Positions 7,923 through 11,416 of a DNA stretch of 11,416 nt are shown piece after piece. A program made the position numbers and the translations under genes. This DNA is from a bacterium (GTDB taxonomy: Bacteria; UBA6262; WVXT01), in contig JBHIBS010000050.1 in NCBI GenBank assembly GCA_046759165.1, positions 1 to 11,416 of the forward strand, written 5' to 3'. The notes under the pieces are model-generated. The model worked only from the letters and a program-made list of their open reading frames with translations, did not search any database and had not been told where the DNA came from. The first letter of the stretch is position 1. The number at the start of each line of letters is the position of its first letter.

Positions 7923-7938
7923 TTCGATAACTATCAAA
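7923..7938. promoter_or_regulatory. Putative ArsR operator upstream of hsp20
   Basis: Imperfect palindrome TTCGATAACTATCAAA, 13/16 identical to 8284-8299. Confidence 0.5.
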
Positions 7939-7968
7939 GTACCTGGACAAAAAATTTTTGGTTCTCTT

Positions 7969-8256
7969 CTACTCTTCGAAAAATCCTTTTACGCTCAAGA
8001 ATACCTCTCTATTGATGGAGATGTAGAAAAATTGCCCTTTCCGCTCCACATTGATAAGACCCACATTTCTTAGCTCTTTCAAGTGATGGGAAACTGTCGA
8101 TGGCGAGACTTCAAACTCTTTACAAATATCTCCCACACAGCAAGGACCTCTTGAAGGGTCTTGCTGAGAACGGTCCTCCAGAGAACGGATCAAACGGAAA
8201 ATCTCGAGTCTGTTCTGATTTGAAAGAGCTTTAAATATTTCGGCGAAATGAAACAT
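7969..8256 (-). CDS. ArsR/SmtB family transcriptional regulator
   Basis: IFKALSNQNRLEI, CCVGDIC (Cys cluster in helix 3), SPSTVSHHLKELRNVGLI and ERKGQ; SD GGAG. Confidence 0.93.
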   Translation of the reverse strand: MFHFAEIFKALSNQNRLEIFRLIRSLEDRSQQDPSRGPCCVGDICKEFEVSPSTVSHHLKELRNVGLINVERKGQFFYISINREVFLSVKGFFEE

Positions 8257-8283
8257 AGTCTTTCATCTCCATTATTTCGATAT

Positions 8284-8299
8284 TTCGACTACTATGAAA
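8284..8299. promoter_or_regulatory. Putative ArsR autoregulatory operator
   Basis: TTCGACTACTATGAAA (within ATTTC-N9-GAAAT) abuts the -10 box and covers the predicted transcription start. Confidence 0.55.
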
Positions 8300-8327
8300 T
8301 TATACTACATTGCTGAAATTTTGTCAA
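8299..8327 (-). promoter_or_regulatory. Consensus sigma70 promoter of arsR
   Basis: TTGACA (8327-8322), 17-nt spacer, TATAAT (8304-8299): perfect consensus. Confidence 0.85.
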
Positions 8328-9043
8328 GTATTTTTTTTATTTTTGAAACAGATGGATGACCTTTTCATTTTCCCCATTCCTGCCGCTCTTTTATTTAATC
8401 AGATCCAGAAACTCAACCGGGATCCATATACATGGTCTTATACGGCGTTATTTAGTTGTCAAAGACTGACGGTAAATCAGTCCGAAAACCCGCCCGAAAT
8501 AATTTTTCTGACTGGTCATTAGAGTTATTTATAATAATCAATTGCTTTAATGAATTTGCTAAGAGTATAACCGCCTATATAAACCGCAGTTATGGTTCAA
8601 GCTTTTTTCACTTTTGTGGTTCAGACCATTGCGGCCGTTATTTATATATTTTCCGTTTAACATCGTGCCTTCAATATTCAATTCATTATTTATCTTAATC
8701 AAAAGTGTATAGGTTTTCCCATTATTAAAATAAATCATCTTATACTTACTTCACATTCCTTGTTCTTTTGCTGGCTGATTTTCTTAGAATTTATGAGAGC
8801 AGTCCTTGCCATCATTGCTATAAATCCTTTTTCTGAAATTATTACTCCACCCATATTGTTAATTTTTAATTTTCCCTTTCTCTTTCTAGTGTCGGTTTTA
8901 CTCTACCCATTTTAGCCTCCTTAAAAATAAAAAAAGGATTAGCCCTTACTATTTCATTCAGAGCCTCACCTTTCTTTAGCCTGCCCGTCGTATAACCGTC
9001 TTTCTTATATTTTCAATATGCTCCTTTTAAAAGCCATATAAAA

Positions 9044-9092
9044 TGAGCCTAGCTGGGATTTGAACCCAGAACCTACGGTTTTACGAAACCGA
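9044..9092 (-). pseudogene. Degenerate 3' half of tRNA-Thr(CGU); att-like scar
   Basis: Minus strand TCGGT-TTCGTAA-AACCGT-AGGTT-CTGGG-TTCAAAT-CCCAG-CTAGGCTCA gives an anticodon arm (CGT, one extra A), an intact T-arm and a GGCT end. No D-arm or 5' acceptor strand upstream. Confidence 0.75.
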
Positions 9093-9144
9093 GGTTAGAT
9101 TATAATCTTAGATATTCCCAAAAGTGAAGTAAGAATTATTGGTT

Positions 9145-9231
9145 AGGTAACGGTTCAGGGGTTGCCGAAGTCGCCGGCAGAAAGGAGGTATTTGGACGTA
9201 GCCACGCGAAGTCGGCAACCCCGTGTTAGGC
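9145..9231 (-). mobile_element. attC-like integron recombination site
   Basis: Minus strand GCCTAAC (fits RYYYAAC)-AC-GGGGTTGCCGA...TCGGCAACCCC-TGAACC-GTTACCT; perfect 11-bp inner inverted repeat (9158-9168 / 9212-9222); 87 bp long. The R' box deviates from GTTRRRY. Confidence 0.65.
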
Positions 9232-9233
9232 AT

Positions 9234-9352
9234 GTGGCGACAGCCAACTTTGACGATTCGTAACCTACCTCAACGGAAAGGTAGGCTATACGCTCACTTG
9301 CCGCCTACATATCGAGCTGCGGAGCATCCTTTAAATGTTAGCTGCACGCCAC
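9234..9352 (-). mobile_element. Second, more degenerate attC-like hairpin
   Basis: Plus-strand outer arms GTGGCG-A-CAGCCAAC (9234-9248) / GTTAGCTG-CA-CGCCAC (9337-9352); inner hairpin CCTACCT-N8-AGGTAGG. L boxes are not clearly identifiable. Confidence 0.4.
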
Positions 9353-9405
9353 TTGTGTGTGCCTCGATTTGTACCTGAGCCTGATCGCTCGGTTCTTCCC
9401 CTGCC

Positions 9406-10827
9406 TCACCTCAGCAACTCATCACTAATGATTAAAGTGGAGAGGGTCATATTTTGCGCCCCAATATTGCCAGTGGGAGCAAACATCTGTTCACCCCAGG
9501 CTCCAGCGTTTCCTGCGATAGCAGGATGCCCGAGCAGGTCCATGATTTTATCGAAGTTTTCCTCTGTCTTGCCTTTTTCCGTCTGGAGGATAGTCATGCG
9601 CTCCACACAGTTGAATCCGATCACGGCTGCCACTTTCTTGATCCCTTCATAGTTTAAGCCATCCTTAAGGCTCTTGATGTTGCCCTCAATGATCGTATCT
9701 GGAGTAGCCTCGAGCAAGTGCACCGTTGTACCAAGCGGGGTAATACCACCCACCCCCAGTCCATCCTTTTCCTTGATGTACATAAAGGGATCTTTGATCC
9801 AGATCCACTCGGGGTAGAGGTGCTCTTGCACACCGATGGGGTTCCACTGGTTATAGGGAGGCATGCCTTTGGTCAGGATATGCTCTTCGGGGGCACCTGT
9901 CCACTTTAACCACACCTTGCCTGCGGGTTTTCCGTTGATCTCATAGATTTGGCGGAAGCCATCGCCTCCGGTCACTACCCCAAATTTTCCAGCCACTGGC
10001 TTATAAGAAATGCCGCAACCATAGCCCATCTTGACGGGACCGGAAAAGATTGTGATGACGATTGCGTCGTTATAGGCCTTACCGCCAAAGAAAAGCAACG
10101 ACTTCCCTAAGGTACCGTCATCCCCTGCGCAACCTCCGACTAGCGGGGCCCAACCGATCACGTCCTGTATCCCAAGGATCTCGTAATCCACCACGCCCGC
10201 ATAACCGTCGTCCATCATCAACACTGAATAAGGGGCGTGCTTGAGCAGCGCTGGACCTGGTCTTACCTTCCGGAGATCCTTCCAAGGGTTATAGTTCAGG
10301 TCCTTTATGGCAGCCAGGGTTGCCTTCTTAGCCGCTTCTCTGGGATTCGCCTTGCATCCTGTGCCTAGGCCAATGCCCACTTTGAGATATTTGGATTCCA
10401 ATAAGAGAACGACTACAGACTTGGGAATGAACCCGGCAGGACCGATGCTATAACCCCCACCATAACCTGTGGTCTGCCCTACCGTGCGGACATTGCTACC
10501 AATGACGGAGGATACCCCAGCCAAAACGCTCTCGAAATCCTTATAGGGCGGTGACGCAAAAACTATCGCGAATGTCGGCTTCTTGACCGTCTTTTTGGCC
10601 ATCGCTGCCGCCTCTCTACCCGCATTTCTGGGAGAGGGATTAGTACTCCAGCCGGCAGCAGCCGAGACTACCGCTCCCCTTCCTGCTGCCTCTGCTTGGG
10701 GCAAATCCAAGCCTGGAAGTCTGGCTATACCGGCCACTATAATGGCCACGAGGACTGCGGTGCCAGCAAACTGAAAACACTTCTTCATAAAACCTCTTCT
10801 GCTTATCGGTTTTTCTAACATTTTCAT
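9406..10827 (-). CDS. FIST_N/FIST_C domain protein with twin-arginine (Tat) signal
   Basis: SRRGFMK plus a hydrophobic stretch and possible AEA cleavage site; FIST motifs GREAAAMA, IVFAS, LVGGCAGDDG, IYEINGKPA, FNCVER, WGEQ and QNMT; SD GAGGAG. Confidence 0.85.
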   Translation of the reverse strand: MKMLEKPISRRGFMKKCFQFAGTAVLVAIIVAGIARLPGLDLPQAEAAGRGAVVSAAAGWSTNPSPRNAGREAAAMAKKTVKKPTFAIVFASPPYKDFESVLAGVSSVIGSNVRTVGQTTGYGGGYSIGPAGFIPKSVVVLLLESKYLKVGIGLGTGCKANPREAAKKATLAAIKDLNYNPWKDLRKVRPGPALLKHAPYSVLMMDDGYAGVVDYEILGIQDVIGWAPLVGGCAGDDGTLGKSLLFFGGKAYNDAIVITIFSGPVKMGYGCGISYKPVAGKFGVVTGGDGFRQIYEINGKPAGKVWLKWTGAPEEHILTKGMPPYNQWNPIGVQEHLYPEWIWIKDPFMYIKEKDGLGVGGITPLGTTVHLLEATPDTIIEGNIKSLKDGLNYEGIKKVAAVIGFNCVERMTILQTEKGKTEENFDKIMDLLGHPAIAGNAGAWGEQMFAPTGNIGAQNMTLSTLIISDELLR

Positions 10828-10851
10828 TTTTCTTTCTCCTCACTTCCCGCC

Positions 10852-11352
10852 CTACTCCTCCGCAGGGACGAGCTTAAAGCCGAGCTGTTGCATAAGGCCT
10901 AGGTTATCCGCAAACGTCCAATGTTCGACACATTTCCCGTTCACCCATTTAGTTATGCAGGCTCCTGTTACTTTCACCCGCTTGCCAGTATCTTTGTGTG
11001 TGCCCGTCCAGCTCCACAGCGTAGCGCCCCAGTTCCCATCGAGGAGATATTCGTGATGCGTGGCTCGAAAGTCGGGGAAGGTGCTGAGGGTATCTCTAAG
11101 GTTTTGTTTATAGGCCTCGAGGCCTATAAAATCTGGACCGGGAGGAATGTGGGTGACACAGTCGGGAGCTATCGTTGCCTCGAGTAGGTCCGGGTTGTTC
11201 GTGCTCCAGGCTTCTTCCCACTGGTCATACGCGGCCACGAATGCTTTTTTTGTCATTCTCCCTCGTCTCCCAAGTCCAGTCATAAATACCACTAAAGCTA
11301 CCAAGGCAATGACGGGGATTAGAACCCGCAAGGTTTGTCCAATTTTACGCAT
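10852..11352 (-). CDS. SnoaL-like ester cyclase (NTF2-like fold) with N-terminal TM/signal segment
   Basis: APDCVTH, GLEAYKQ, TFPDF, WTGTH, TGKRVKVTG, GKCVEHW and DNLGLMQQLG; hydrophobic aa 10-24; SD AAAGGAGGTGA. Confidence 0.88.
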   Translation of the reverse strand: MRKIGQTLRVLIPVIALVALVVFMTGLGRRGRMTKKAFVAAYDQWEEAWSTNNPDLLEATIAPDCVTHIPPGPDFIGLEAYKQNLRDTLSTFPDFRATHHEYLLDGNWGATLWSWTGTHKDTGKRVKVTGACITKWVNGKCVEHWTFADNLGLMQQLGFKLVPAEE

Positions 11353-11416
11353 GTTTCACCTCCTTTCGTTTCACTTCAGTCGGTGACCTGCCTGCTCACC
11401 AACTCGCAGGCGTCGC

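Noticed and set aside
7-11386. Plus-strand ORFs and short nested minus-strand ORFs in the ORF track
   Set aside because: They are shadows overlapping well-supported genes or low-complexity AT-rich frames with no recognisable motifs.
1-11416. CRISPR array, intact transposase or integrase
   Set aside because: No regularly spaced direct repeats and no DDE, HUH or tyrosine-recombinase ORF seen in the window.

Overview
Bacterial window in which every credible gene is on the minus strand. The left part (13-3970) looks like core genome: an MltD-like lytic transglycosylase with a LysM domain, an Ldh_2-family dehydrogenase and a DUF401 membrane protein, with a cluster of palindromic REP-like repeats between the last two. 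The middle holds an unusual protein with an N-terminal signal/TM segment, one HKD (PLD/Nuc-type) domain, two winged-helix-like repeats and a helical tail, next to a DUF72 gene. After it come a degenerate excisionase-type HTH behind a structured leader, a clpB/clpC 3' remnant, an hsp20 gene bracketed by a perfect 16-bp inverted repeat, and an ArsR regulator with a consensus sigma70 promoter and an operator-like motif shared with hsp20. An AT-rich gene-poor stretch follows, then a decayed 3' half of tRNA-Thr(CGU) (att-like scar) and two adjacent attC-like hairpins. The window ends with a visibly more GC-rich gene pair: a Tat-signal FIST protein and a membrane-anchored SnoaL/ester-cyclase-like protein. 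All family calls come from recognising motifs by eye; no searches were run.
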